Below, in pieces: positions 29,901 to 44,642 of a stretch of 64,000 nt of DNA. Made by a program: the position numbers and the translations under genes. Position 1 is the stretch's first letter; the number at the start of each line of letters is the position of its first letter. The notes beneath the pieces were generated by a model. The model made no database searches and was not told where the DNA came from. It was given only the letters and a program-made list of their open reading frames with translations. The DNA is from the human T2T-CHM13v2.0 reference genome, Homo sapiens: contig CP068257.2 of NCBI GenBank assembly GCA_009914755.4, forward strand, positions 42,048,001 through 42,112,000. Reading direction: 5' to 3'.

Positions 29901-30139
29901 TGCATGGGGGAGATCCTGGGGCCCTCAGGGCAGCCTCCCAACCCCTTTTGCTCTATTGCTTCCGTAACCCTAAGGTACACAGCTGTAGGGTTATGTATGA
30001 GTTTGCTGGATTGAAAATACCATATGCAGCCTTAGGGTCATGTAGGAGTTTGCCCGGACTGCCAAAACAAAGTACCACAAACCAGGTTGCTCATTGTAGC
30101 AGAAATTCACCTCTCATAGTCTGGGGGCCAGAAGTCTGA

Positions 30140-31021
<882 letters not shown>

Positions 31022-32102
31022 TAGAGTCCCCTTCACAGGTTTCAGTTAAACATATCCTTCGAGGGTCCAGCATTCAATCTGGAAGGAGCCTTCAGAGAAA
31101 TTTGAAAGTGGCATAAACCAAGGGGTGAATTAAAGGCCCAGAAGTTGATGACGTCAAGACGTCCTTTTTGGAAGTGAGGGGAGCAGCACAGCTGTGAGTC
31201 TCCAAACTGGGCTGTGCAGAGATTGTCCCAAGCACGTCTGAGGCCAGTAGCTGCCCTGTGGGGAGAGGCAAGCCTGTCCTGTCACTGTGCATCCCGTCCA
31301 GATGGACAGGTAGTAGATTCCCGCTGGCTGGGTGATATCCGTGTCCTTCATCTGTCAGCCTCTGGAGCCGCCGAGGCTGGGTGCCAGGCACTGCCGCCTG
31401 GGACACATGTGACCTCCGTGCTGCAGGACCACAGTGCAGGTGCGCTTTCACAGGGCCGCTCCTAGGGAGGAGGTTGTGGACATCAGACATTCCATGATTG
31501 GATTCCATGGCTTTGAGAATCTCACTTGGGGCCTTAGCTCGAGACCCATTTAAATACCACATCGCAGAGACCAGAAGGCAAGACCATGGGACTCCCTGCA
31601 GCCCCCACCAGAAGACCCTGTGAGGTGGCTGGCTCCATCTGGGGCCTGCAGGCAGCCGCATTCTTTCATTCTCGTGGTCCGTCGGTGCGGAGCAGACCTG
31701 AGACACCTGAGGGGGCTTGGCGGAGGTTGTATTTCTCTGTCTAGGGGCCTCAATGCCATGCCCGTTAGGCAGGTGGACTGTGGCTCAAGCGCCCCACAGG
31801 AAGAGGCAGGGGGCTCCCTGCCCTGGAACCCTGGATGTCAGCACCTGACTCCTACCTGCTGTGACATTGGCAAAAGTAGCTGTGGCAGAGGCCGAGGGTC
31901 CCACCTGCTTACTGGGCCCCGCTTCTCCGGACAGGAGCAGAAGCTGCAGAGCTTTGGGACCTCAGCACTTGAGCAGCATGTGGACGCGAGCAGCGAGTAA
32001 CCCCGGGCTCCCAGAGACGCGTGACGGGGTCCCCAGGGGGTTGCTTGAGGGCCCTCAAGTCAGGAGCTGATTTCTATCCTCAAATATTTAAGCATCCCCA
32101 AG

Positions 32103-32432
<330 letters not shown>

Positions 32433-32585
32433 TTAACCAGAAAGTTGACAGAGAATACCGATGCACTAGGTAGACCCTGTTTTAAAAAAAAAAAAATCCC
32501 CTGCTCTGCAAAGTGGCCTCTTCTTCAGAGATGTGGCATCACTGGAGGGTTCTCTTGGGGAAATGGTTAAAACACCTGGTGTTGG

Positions 32586-32880
<295 letters not shown>

Positions 32881-33017
32881 ACCTGGTGTTTTGAAAAATC
32901 TTTACATTTTTTCTTAGAATTCCTAGGATAGAAAGAGTCTTCTTTGCCTTCAGAACTGCACTATAAGATCCTGGAAGAATACCACCCTGCCTTTTAAAAG
33001 ACATCATTTTTGCCTTA

Positions 33018-33385
<368 letters not shown>

Positions 33386-33545
33386 GCCAGTGGTGAAAAG
33401 TGTGCCTCCTTCCTTCCTCCGGTGGCCCGCACTAACTTCCTTAGAGGTGATGCTGATGCTGTATGTTGGAGACGCTTCTGAGTGTCCTCGGAACGTTCCC
33501 ACGTGCTCTCCAGGCCATGCTGGGCAGCTGGCTTTCCTCCCGTCT

Positions 33546-33571
33546 AGCTGGGATTCTCTCTCTCTCTCTCT
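33546..33571. repeat. (CT)n microsatellite
   Basis: tctctctctctctctctctctctc. Confidence 0.9.
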
Positions 33572-33724
33572 CTCTCTCTCTGGCCTCTGCCAGTCCCTGG
33601 GTCTGAGCCAGAATGTGTCCCAATCCAGGAAACAGGTGTTGTTTCTGGTATTTCTTCTTTTTCTTTCATCTTTCTCCAAGAAGGAAGAAAATTGGCTAGT
33701 TTTTTGCTTTTCTGACTCCCTTAG

Positions 33725-34264
<540 letters not shown>

Positions 34265-34295
34265 TGATCTATTTTTCCCTCTTGCCTCTGGCTCT

Positions 34296-34560
34296 AGCCC
34301 ACATCGGTGCATGTGTGTGTGTGTATGTGGGTGTGCATGTGTGTACGTGGTGTGTTTGTGTACACTGTGTGTGTATGTGGGTGTGCATGTGTGTACATGG
34401 TGTGTGTGTATGTGGGTGTGCTTGTGTGTACATGGCATGCATGTGTGCATGTGGGATGCATGTGTATGGGGCATGTGTGCATGGCGTGTGTGCACATGTC
34501 TGGGCATGCATGCGTGTGTCATGGGCATGCATGTGTGTGTATGCGGTGTGTTGCTCTGCA
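34296..34560. repeat. Imperfect (TGTGTGCATG / GTGTGTATGTGG)n array, ~265 bp, alternating purine-pyrimidine
   Basis: gtgcatgtgtgtgtgtgtatgtgggtgtgcatgtgtgtacgtggtgtgtttgtgtacactgtgtgtgtatgtgggtgtgcatgtgtgtacatgg... Similar arrays lie at 58296-58606 and 60690-60900. Confidence 0.85.
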
Positions 34561-36049
34561 GGCCCCAGTGTTGGCCGGCCCCCCCGTCTTTCCTGTAAGT
34601 GACTTCCTTCCTAGGAGGCTTGGTGTGACTGGCATTCCCTGGAAAGGGAGGGGCGGATCCGCAGAACGGGCAGCTTCGGGGACACAGGGGCTGCTGATTG
34701 GCATTGTGGCTTGTTGGCCTTGGTGTCTGCGGGTGCACACCCACACAGAGCTTTTGAAATGGAATCCTGCGTGCCCAGTTCACAGAGTGAGTGACGCTGA
34801 GGAATAAGAACAGAGGGAACTTCTCAAGGAGAAAGGAAGAAAGGAGTTGTCAAAGATGGGCTGAGCAAAAAACCGTGCAATCAGCCGAGGAGGGGCCGGC
34901 AGCGCCTCCCTTCCTGCCCACAGAGCAGCCGCCTTGTGCCCATCTATTCCCCGGCTCTGCATGGGGCCTCTGTTTTAAAGGGTTCTGTGGCCAAGACAAG
35001 CCTGCCAGCCCCTGTCCCTGTCCTTGGCCACTCCTCCGGCAGCTTTCCCCATTCCTGAAGCAGGTGGCTAGCCTGCTTAGCCTCTTGTCCCATCTCCTTA
35101 CCTGTGACAGTCACCAAGCCTCTGGGAATGTGGTCACCCTAGGACAGCTAAACGAGGAAGCTGTGCAGTGCACACAGGTTTGGCTGACCCCAAGGGCCAG
35201 TTGCTGTGCATGGGAGCGAGTTCCAAGGGGTGGGAGGGAGCCAGCACTAGGTGGAGCTCTGCCAGCCGGGGCACAGGGAGGAACAGCATCCAGGAGGAGG
35301 GTGCAGCGGGTGTGAGGCCCTGTGGAGCAGACTCTGGAGCTAGAATAAGGTGGCATTTTTGCTGCACGCTGTGGGGGTGGACGGGGCCCGAGGTCACACC
35401 AGGGAGCCCATATTGGGTCAGGAATGCTGCTTTGGCAATCCCTGGACTCAGCCCCCAGCTGTCTGGCCATCTGGGCACTTCTGAGCCAGCCATGACCTCT
35501 GCCTTCCCTTAGCACTTTGCAGTGAGCCCAGCACCTGGCAGCCCCTGCCCAGCTGGTGCACGGTCCCTCTGCGGCACTGTGAGCCTGGAAGTAGGGAGCT
35601 GGGTGTCCATGTGCTCTGAGCAGGGCTGGGGGCCCAGGCGATGGACCCTGGAGCTGTGAAGGCTGAGGCAGGGGTGGGTCAGGGATGAGGGGAGACTGCT
35701 CTGGGGGGCTCGGGGCCATTTCCACCAGAAGTTCCCCCTGGGAGTTTGTAGGACAAAGGACATGGTTGATGTGGATCATAGGGCTGACCAGTGGCAGGCG
35801 GTGGGAGGGACGCGGGGTGCTTGTGCCCCAGGTTGATCAGGGTGAAGCAGTCACATGATCTCTCCTGTCCTCTTTCCTCATTCTGGTTTCCTAAAGTGGT
35901 CAGAGGTCTCTGCAAAATAAGCTAAAGGGAGGGTTCTGCTGGGTGGGTGGCTTCGGCTTCTGTGCAGCGCTCACCCTGCTCTCCCCTGGAACGCCTGGAA
36001 CTAGGGTGGTCAGGCTGGGGTGGAGGAGCTCCCCTGGAATGTTCCAGAG

Positions 36050-36900
36050 CTTCCCCCACTCCTGCCGTTCTGAGTCACCCTGCCTCCCCGGAGGAGGAGG
36101 AGGATCAGCTGAGCCGCCGCGCTCACGTAGTGTCTGGCTGTCTGCCTGTCTGCCTCGCTGTGAGCAGAGTGGGATGCTGCCGATAAGGCGCGCACGTGGG
36201 CCCTGGGAGGAGCCCGAGGCAGCCACTCCCGCACGTGGGCAGGAGGAGGGCTGCTCACACCACCGGCCGAGGGAGGAGGACTGCGGGCTGCGCCTGGGCA
36301 GGGGATGAGCTTGTGTCGCGGGCGGCAGGGGGAAGGGAGTCGGAGAGCTCCTGCGGTCCAGCCGGATGACTGATGAGGTTGAAAGCACTTCCGCTGCGGC
36401 CCCCGCAGGAAGTTCCCAGGAGGAAGTTGCGACCCTTTCTAAGCCATCCCACTGGCCTGGACTCTGCTGGGATTATTTTGACCCCCCAGGGCAGAGTGTA
36501 GCCATCTGACTGGCTTTCTCTCTCGGCAGGAGACGGGGCGCACGCCTGCAGGTGGGGGAGCCCCAATACGTCACACGGATGAGCGGGGCAAAGCCCAGCC
36601 CCCCACCCCGCACCCGCCCGCCCGCAATCCTGCCCCCTGGCTGCGGCCTCCGCGGCTCTTCCCACCCCGGCTCCGCTGGGTGCTTGGCGCTTGTTTACGG
36701 AGTTACACCTTGCGGTAGAGGCTGAGCAGGAGCTTGTCCTTCAGACTTCCCAGCGGAGACAGCCAGGCTGTCCTGTGGCAGCAGTGGGTTTGCCAGAGGC
36801 CGGGGGCTTTGGCCAGGGCCGGCAGAGAGCCCCAGTCCTGAAGAACCCTCGTTCTTCGCGTGCTGTCGCGGGGGCTCCGTAGGCACGGTTGCAGCAGGGT
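36050..36900. promoter_or_regulatory. Second CpG-island-like block inside PDXK intron 1 with two CACGTG boxes (36193-36198 and 36232-36237) embedded in a repeated motif cgcacgtgggc
   Basis: Local CpG density is far above the surrounding intron (many CGCG and GCGC clusters). It is not repeat-derived. Candidate alternative promoter or enhancer. Confidence 0.35.
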
Positions 36901-37196
36901 CTTGGAGGCCGAAAGAAGGACGGTCTGAGCTGAGAGAGGGGAGTTGGCCAGGCACAGGGGTTTCAGAGCTTTACAGGATTCAGAAGGTGCCCGGGGTTCT
37001 GCAGCCCAGTGAGGAGTTCACAGAGTGGTGGGCGACCCAGCAGCCAGGGGCATCAGCCGTGGGAGTGGGACGCTCCGGGAGTCTGAGCTGCATCCTGTGG
37101 GCGCAGCAGACGCTCAAGGGCTGGGTTTAGAGGGGTACGTCTGGAGGTGCGGGTGGGGAATGCACATGAGGGGAGCTAGGAGCAGAACAGTAGCAC

Positions 37197-37540
37197 GGGC
37201 CGAGCACGATGGCTCACGCCTTGTTATTGCACCACTTTGGGAGGCTGAGGTGGGAGGATCGCTTGAGCCCCGGAGTTCAAGACCAGCCTGGGCAATATAG
37301 GCAATATTTCTCCACAAAAAATAAAACATAAAAAATTAACCAGGCATGGTGACACATGCCTGTAGTCCCAGCTACTCAGGAGGCTAAGGCAGGAGAATCA
37401 ATTGAGCCCAGGAGGGAGAGGTTGCAGCGAGCTGAGATTGTGCCGCTGGACTCCAGCCTGGGCAACAGCATGAGATCCTGTCTCAAAAAAAGAAAACCAA
37501 AACAAAACAAAAAAAACAAAAAACAAAAAATGGTAGCACG
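37197..37540 (+). mobile_element. Alu, + orientation (long A/AAAC-rich tail)
   Basis: gggccgagcacgatggctcacgccttgttattgcaccactttgggaggctgaggtgggaggatcgc...cctgggcaacagcatgagatcctgtctcaaaaaaagaaaaccaaaacaaaac. Confidence 0.9.
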
Positions 37541-37632
37541 GCGGCCTAATAAGACCATCCCGAGAAGGGGGATGAGGTGATAGTCCACAGGCCTCAGTGG
37601 ACCGTCACAGCAGGTATGGACATCAGAGAGTC

Positions 37633-37672
37633 TTGCTCATATCTGATTGATTGATTGATTGATTGATTGATT
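37633..37672. repeat. (TTGA)n microsatellite
   Basis: tgattgattgattgattgattgattgatttggtttgatttga. Confidence 0.9.
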
Positions 37673-37687
37673 TGGTTTGATTTGAAT

Positions 37688-37979
<292 letters not shown>

Positions 37980-38211
37980 TAGAGTATGTACTGCCAAGCT
38001 CCGTGGTGTGAATACTTCCACTATAGCTGAACGTAAACTACCAACCTGAGCAGGAAAGAGCTGTGCAGCAGCCTCTGTCATGTAGCGTTCTTCCCTCCAG
38101 ACACAATAGACACAAATAGCTGAGTAGACAACAGATAGTGTAAAATGCTAGTAAACTAGGAAGTGGTGAGGCTACAATATATATTATGTTTACTTTTAAT
38201 ATAGTTTATGT

Positions 38212-38510
38212 AGTCTGGGTGCAGTGGCTCATACCTGTAGTCCCAGCACTTTGGGAGGCTAAGGGAGGAGAATTGATTGAGCTTAGGAGTTCAGGACTAG
38301 CCTGGACAACATAGTGAGACTCTGTCTCAACAAAAAAATATAAAAATTAGCCAGGTGTGGCAGCACGCACCTGTAGTCCTAGCTACTCAGGAGGCTGAAG
38401 AGGGTGGATCCCTTGATCCCAGGAGTTCAAGGCTGTAGTGAGCTATGATTGTGCCACTGCACTCCAGCCTGGGTGATAGAGTGAGACCCTGTCTCAAAAA
38501 ATAATAATAT
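38212..38510 (+). mobile_element. Alu (older subfamily), + orientation
   Basis: gtctgggtgcagtggctcatacctgtagtcccagcactttgggaggctaagggaggagaattgattgagc...cctgggtgatagagtgagaccctgtctcaaaaaataataat. Confidence 0.9.
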
Positions 38511-38544
38511 AATTTACATAATTGTAAGTTTTATGACTCAATTT

Positions 38545-38677
38545 TTTTTTTAAATAGAGATGGAATCTTGCTATGTTGCTCAGTCTGGTCTTGAACTCCT
38601 GGGCTTAAGTGATCAATCCTCCAGCCTCAGCCTCCCAAAGTGCTGCGATCACAGGTGTGAGCCACTGTGCCTGGCCA
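38545..38677 (-). mobile_element. Partial Alu (monomer), - orientation
   Basis: tttttttttaaatagagatggaatcttgctatgttgctcagtctggtcttgaactcctgggcttaagtgatcaatcctccagcctcagcctcccaaagtgctgcgatcacaggtgtgagccactgtgcctggcc. Confidence 0.8.
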
Positions 38678-40294
38678 TATGACTCAGTTTTTAATAATGA
38701 CTCTACGTAAAACTGACCTGCACTATTGCATCTGGCAATCGCGTGGCCCAATCCATCTTCAAAGCCAGCAACAGTCGTTGAGTCCTTCTTTTAACTTCCA
38801 ATCTCTGATTTTTCCTTCTGCCCTTCAGCCTGAGAAAACTCTGCTTTTGAAGGGCTCATGTCATTCAATTAAACTCTCCTGGATAAGAAGATCCTCATGG
38901 GAGAGAGATCTCATCACACTGACAGGTTTCACCCACACTCAGGGGGTTGCCCGAGGGTGAGCGGGGTCCCTGAAGGTCATTCTTAGAATTCTGCCACGGA
39001 AGAGCCCCATAGGCCATTATAGGGACAGGGTTTACTGTAAAACAAGGTGATTCACATACACAGACCAGTAATGCTGTTCCTAAAGGGGCCCAAGCTGATC
39101 CCATCAGTCAGCAGGGCTGCTCACAGGGCACCTGGCCTGTCTTTGTTGAAGGCGATTCCTGTGAAGGCAGTGGAGGAGCTCCGGGTGGGAGGTGAGTGTT
39201 GTGGAGAGCCCAGCAGCCCGCTGGGCTGAACCTTGGACCAAGAACCAGTCTGTCCTTGGCTCCCTTGTGGGTGGGGAAAGATGAGGTGTATCAGGCAGGG
39301 TCCAGTCCAGAAACAGAAACCAGAGCAACAATCGTAGAGGCCGTTGTTCAGCCAGGTATTGAGAAAATAGAGAAGGCAAAAAGGGAACACTGGTGTCGTG
39401 GAGGAGACCCCTGCCAGCATTGGCTCCACACAGCTGACCCTGGGATAAGAGAATTGTTGGACTCTTTAGAACCTGGAGCTGGGAAGGCAGGTGTCTGCCA
39501 GCTGGCGGGTGCTGGGAGTCTGTGGGGGCATGCGATGAGGAATTCTGCTGGTGGAGGGAAAGCCACAAAGTGGATTCCGCTGCTGCTATGGGAAGGGACG
39601 GTCACTACCGCTGCCCCTGTGGGGAGAAGAGCCCCGGGGGAAGAAGAGCACTGCTGACAGAAGCCCATTCTCTTCGCAGGCTTCAGTTTCACATTCTTGG
39701 TACCTCCTGGTGGTGCCTGGGAGGGAGCCACTGCTGTACAGAGATGCCAATTCCAGAGGCATGGTCCGGCACAGAGCGCTGGCTTCCAGCTGAAGGACAT
39801 GTGTAACAGCAGGAGATACCTTTCTCTGGGGTCCCAGGCTCCCGTCCTGGACCTTGGCACCCCGCCCCCCGTGCATTGTCGTCTTCTGAGTCTGGCTTTG
39901 TCTGGCACATGAAGTTGGATGGGTAGACTCTGGAAGCGTCCAGACCAGCTTGCGATGCTGATGAATAAGCTGATTTTGATGGGGTGTGTGAAACGGAGAT
40001 GCCAGCCCAGGGGCTCAGCTTGCTCGTGCTCTCATTTAAAAGCAGAAAATAGCGACTTCATTCTCGGATACGTTTGCCAGCCCCAAAGGATTAATTATCT
40101 ACACACCCAGAAGCAGTGGAGCAGAATATTTTGGCAGGATTTTCAGGATTTGTGTCATCGTTGCTTAATATCTGTTTCTTCACAGTCGGTTAGAATTTTA
40201 AAGGATTTGAAATACTGCAAGCTATCTGTGTATAGAGGCTGTGGATTCGGGCTGGTACATTTGCAAAGTGCCCATTTTATTTTTTATTTTTATT

Positions 40295-40588
40295 TTTATG
40301 TTTTTTGAGACATATTCTCACTCCGTCACCCAGGCTAGAGTGCAGTGGTGCCATCAGGGCTCACTGCAGCCTCCACCTCCTGGGCTCAGTGATCCTCCCA
40401 CCTCAGCCTCCCGAGTAGCTGGGACTACAGACATGTGCCACCACGCCCGGCTAATTTCTGTATTTTTTGTAGAGACAGGGTTTTTGCCATGTTGCCCAGG
40501 CTGGTCTTGAACTCCTGGCCTCAAACTGTACTCCTACCTCGGCCTCCTAAAGTGCTGGGATTACAGGCATGAGCCACTGCACCTGGCC
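40295..40588 (-). mobile_element. Alu, - orientation
   Basis: tttttatgttttttgagacatattctcactccgtcacccaggctagagtgcagtggtgccatcagggctcactgcagcctcc...ggcatgagccactgcacctggcc. Confidence 0.9.
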
Positions 40589-40787
40589 GCAAAAAAAGTT
40601 AAAGTGCTAACTTTAACTTTTTAGATTAGTAAGACTGCTAACGTGTTTCATTAGTTCAGTGATAATACCGGCTTCAAAGAAAAGCCTTGGCAAATACAAA
40701 TCGTAAGCAGATAGCTCAACTCATCATCACAAAGCAAAGCCCACCCAGTGAAGAAACAAATGTGGGAAGCCCCGGAAGCCCCTCCCC

Positions 40788-40826
40788 ATCCCCACCCCCC
40801 CCCCCCCGCCCCCCCCGCCCTGGAAA
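40788..40826. repeat. Poly(C) tract, ~38 bp (cccccccccccccgccccccccgcc)
   Basis: Homopolymeric C-run interrupted by two G residues. Confidence 0.9.
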
Positions 40827-41536
40827 CAGCCGCTGTCCTGGTGTTGACAGCAGAGGTGGCACTGCCTGGCTTTGAACTTGAAGGTGGGACTCAGGGGTGG
40901 TTGGCTGTTCAGATGCAGCAGGGAGAGAGGGTTTGGGGCATTGCTGGTGCACGGGAGAGGGTGGGGATGGCCCCCCAAACTAGCGGAGGCCGGGCTTGGC
41001 CCTGGGAGATACAGGAAGGAGGCCCCCACTCCGTGGATTCCGTCCTTCCTCTCCATCTGTCTGGAACCCTCACCCTCTCCCTCCCTCTCTGTCCTCACAC
41101 ACCCACTCCCTGACTCTCACTCAGGCTTTTGAGGCATGTGTGCTGCCCGCGGAGCCCTTGGCCTGACTTCTTCCAAGGGGTGGGGTAGACGCCCACATTT
41201 TCACAGCAGAGACAGCCTCCCAGCCTCTGTTCAGTGTGTGGACAGATGGGTATTGCCTTCGTTTTATTGTTTGTTAGTCTTATTGAGTGCTTTCGCTGGG
41301 TGCGATTTCTGGAATGATGCGTGAAGTGCTTCCCCATGGAGGTCCTGTGGGCTGGGCGATGCCCTCCCGGGCTGGTTGCTCCCCAGAGAGGGAAGCCCAG
41401 CTCCAGACACACAAGGCCCTGCCTGTGCACATGTCATGTGTGACTCGGGGAGAGCCTCCTGCTCTGATGCGTCAGCCCTCCAGCCTGCAGCTGGGGGCCC
41501 CGTGCCAGCCGGGACTCATTTACTCCCCTCTTCTGA

Positions 41537-41775
<239 letters not shown>

Positions 41776-44169
41776 TTCGTGTGGACGGGGACCTGGAGTC
41801 CTGGGCGTCGCTCGGGCAGAGCCTGCACAGCATATCAGGGTGTAGGCCTGGGTGGCCTCGCCTCTGAGAGGGGTTGTGTTGACTCAGCTTGGCTGCTTTG
41901 AGGCTGTGTGACCCAGTGCAGGTGGCAGAACCTCTCGGTGCTTCAGTTTCCTTCTCTGTAAGACAGGAGGGCAATCCTAACACCTGCCGTGAGGTTGCCA
42001 GAGTTGATTACGTCACTTGCATAAAATGCTTGGACCAATGCCTGGCTCAGAGCGCAGCCGTGTGACTCCTGCTGTCCACCTGCCTCCTGGAGCTGAGGAG
42101 GGTCCCCCATGGGGTGGTCGTGCTGGGGGATGTGTAGGTGGTTCTGGGTTTTCTCTGTTAACAGCAGTGCTGCAGGGCCCCGTGTGTGCCTCTGTCTCCC
42201 TGCCCTGGGACTCTGAGGACTTTGCTGGCTCAGGGGACTGAGGGTGGCCGGCCTCAGAAGCCCCTCACAGGCCATGCTTTCCATGCCCCCAGCCCCATGG
42301 CCTGGGGGTGGAGGTGCGTGGAGTCCCCCCTCCTCTCTGTGGTTTCTATACTGCTTCGTCGGCAGGAGAACAAAGCTGTTCTGTTCTTTGAAACCCCACC
42401 TCGCTTCCCCTGAAATTTCTCTGAACCCAGGCGGAACCTTGGGAGCACAGAACGTCCCAGAAACAGCCTGGCAGAGCATCAGTGCGATATGTTGGAGCAG
42501 GGAGGAGGGGCCTGGCCCCTACTCTTGGGAGTGGGAAGGAATGCTGTGGTTTCTTTTGAGGTGGGCATGACACGTGCTAAGTGAGAGGAAAGAGTTGCTT
42601 GGCCGGTGCAGACGGACAGGCTCCAGCTCTTGGCGGTGCAGATGGACAAGCTCCAGCTCTCGCTGAAACCCTTTCCTGCCTTTGCTTGCGGGGCACACTG
42701 GGTGCTGTGAGATTTGGAGACGTCCCCGAAGACTCAGGCCCTCCAGGAGCCTCCCTGAACCCACATGTCCTTCCTGGCTGCTCTCGCCATCCTCCTTTAG
42801 GATTTATTTTTCAGTGAGTGAGCTGGCCGGCTTGGACACTAAAGCAGGGTGTTGAGTGTGTTTCTGGGGACTGTGTTGGGCTCCGTCAGTGCTGGTTCAA
42901 CATCCACACCGACCCGGCTGCCCTTGCATGGATTCCAGGTTGCGGGAGGGCCCCGGGCTTTGGCAATGCCTTCCAGGCTTGGTGGAAGCTTCTCAGTGGG
43001 TGGTGGGCTGGCTGACCCGAGGGCCCAGAGATAGAAAAGGGGTCTCTGGTCTGCCCTCAGGGGACTGGGATGAGGACAGGACCCCAGGCGCTTGGGAGCC
43101 TCCACAGTTGCAGAGCCAGGCAGACAGCCTGGGGGTGTCCCTTCCCATGGGGTCCAGCCTGTGGTTCCTGGGAGCCCCCACTCCAGCCTCCTCCAGATGC
43201 CATGGGGGGCCTGCTGGTTTAGGACCCCTTAGCCAGCTCAGTCTATGGCTGTGGGCTGGCTCCCAGCCCCCTGTACCCACACTCTCGGGGTCAGCTGTCT
43301 GTGCGGCCTGATCAGGAGGCCCCCGGGTAGCTTCCCTAAGGCTGTCTCTGTGGCTCAGGGGCAACTCCCTAGGGCAGTGAGGGCAGGTGTCACTCTCCCC
43401 TGCACCGGGGCCCTTCTGCCTGCTCCCCTTCCCTCGCCCCTGCCACACTGTGCTGCTGGGGAGTGAGGCTGGTGCATCGTGTACCTGCCCTGGGTGCCAC
43501 GGGAGCTGGTGGTCAAGACGGGGGACTCGGCCTCCTCCGTGCAGCCCCTCAGCCCCTCTGGGCTCCCGTGCCACCCACTGTGAGTGCGGTGCCCACGATG
43601 ACACTGTCTGTTCTGCAGACCTTGACAGAGCTGGAGGCGCTTTTTGTTTTTTGAGTTTTTTTGTTGTTGTTTTTCCTTTTTGTTCCCCCTACCCTCTGTC
43701 TAAGGGCTAGAGGTGCTTATTTTTCACCAAACTCACCTCCAGGAAGCATTTTACTGGTCCTGATTATGCACAAAGAAAGATGTCTGCATGCACGACGGGC
43801 CTCCCGCATTGTAGGGGCTGTTCTGCTCCGGGCACCCTTGTTCCAGGGCTGCGCTCCCCGGGCTGTCTCAGGGGCCACGTTGTCATGTTCCTCCTGCTGC
43901 GTGGCCCATCGTGCGTGCCCAGGACCAGCTCACGCCCTGTGTGACCGGCCACGTGAGCCCAGCCACAAGCAGCCGTGCGGACACTCGGGCCGTTTCCACT
44001 TTTTGGCTGTTGGGGTCATGCTGCCATGAACGTTTGTCTCAGTTCTCCAGTGAGCACCTAGGAGTTGAAGGTGGGGTTGCACAGGCTGCGCCTGATTTGG
44101 CAGGGAGCTGGGATGATGCTGCCAGGGAGCTCATTCGCGACTCTGCCCAGGGTTTTCCTTTTCCTTTTT

Positions 44170-44476
44170 CTGTTTTTTTTTTTTTTTTTTTGTGAGACAA
44201 GGTCTCCCTCTGTCATTCAGGCTGGAGTGCAGTCCTGCGGTCATGACTCACTGCAGCCTTGACTTCCTGAGCTCAAGAGATCCTCCCACCTCACCCTCTT
44301 AAGTGGCTGGGTCTACAGGTGTGCACCACCACACCGAGCTAATTTTGCTATTTTTCATAGAGACGGAGTCTCACTATGTTGCCCAAGGTGGTCTTGAACT
44401 CCTTGGGCTCAAGCGATCCTGCCCCCTCAGCCTCCCAAAGTGCTGGGATTACAGGTGTGAGACTCCACGCCCAGTC
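44170..44476 (-). mobile_element. Alu (older subfamily), - orientation
   Basis: poly-T..gtgagacaaggtctccctctgtcattcaggctggagtgcagtcctgcggtcatgactcactgcagccttgacttcc...ggtgtgagactccacgcccagtc. Confidence 0.85.
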
Positions 44477-44477
44477 T

Positions 44478-44642
44478 TTTCTTTTTTCTTTTTTAGAGAC
44501 AAGGTCGGTCTCTGTCGCCCAGGCTGGCGTGAAGTGGCGCAACCAGCTCACTGCAGCCTTGACCTCCTGGGCTGAAGCAATCTTTCTGCCTCCACCTCCC
44601 GAGTGGCTGGGACTATAGTTGTGCACCAGCACGCCCACCTCC
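44478..44642 (-). mobile_element. Partial Alu (right-arm half), - orientation
   Basis: ttttcttttttcttttttagagacaaggtcggtctctgtcgcccaggctggcgtgaagtggcgcaaccagctcactgcagccttgacctcctgggctgaagcaatctttctgcctccacctcccgagtggctgggactatagttgtgcaccagcacgcccacc. Confidence 0.8.
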
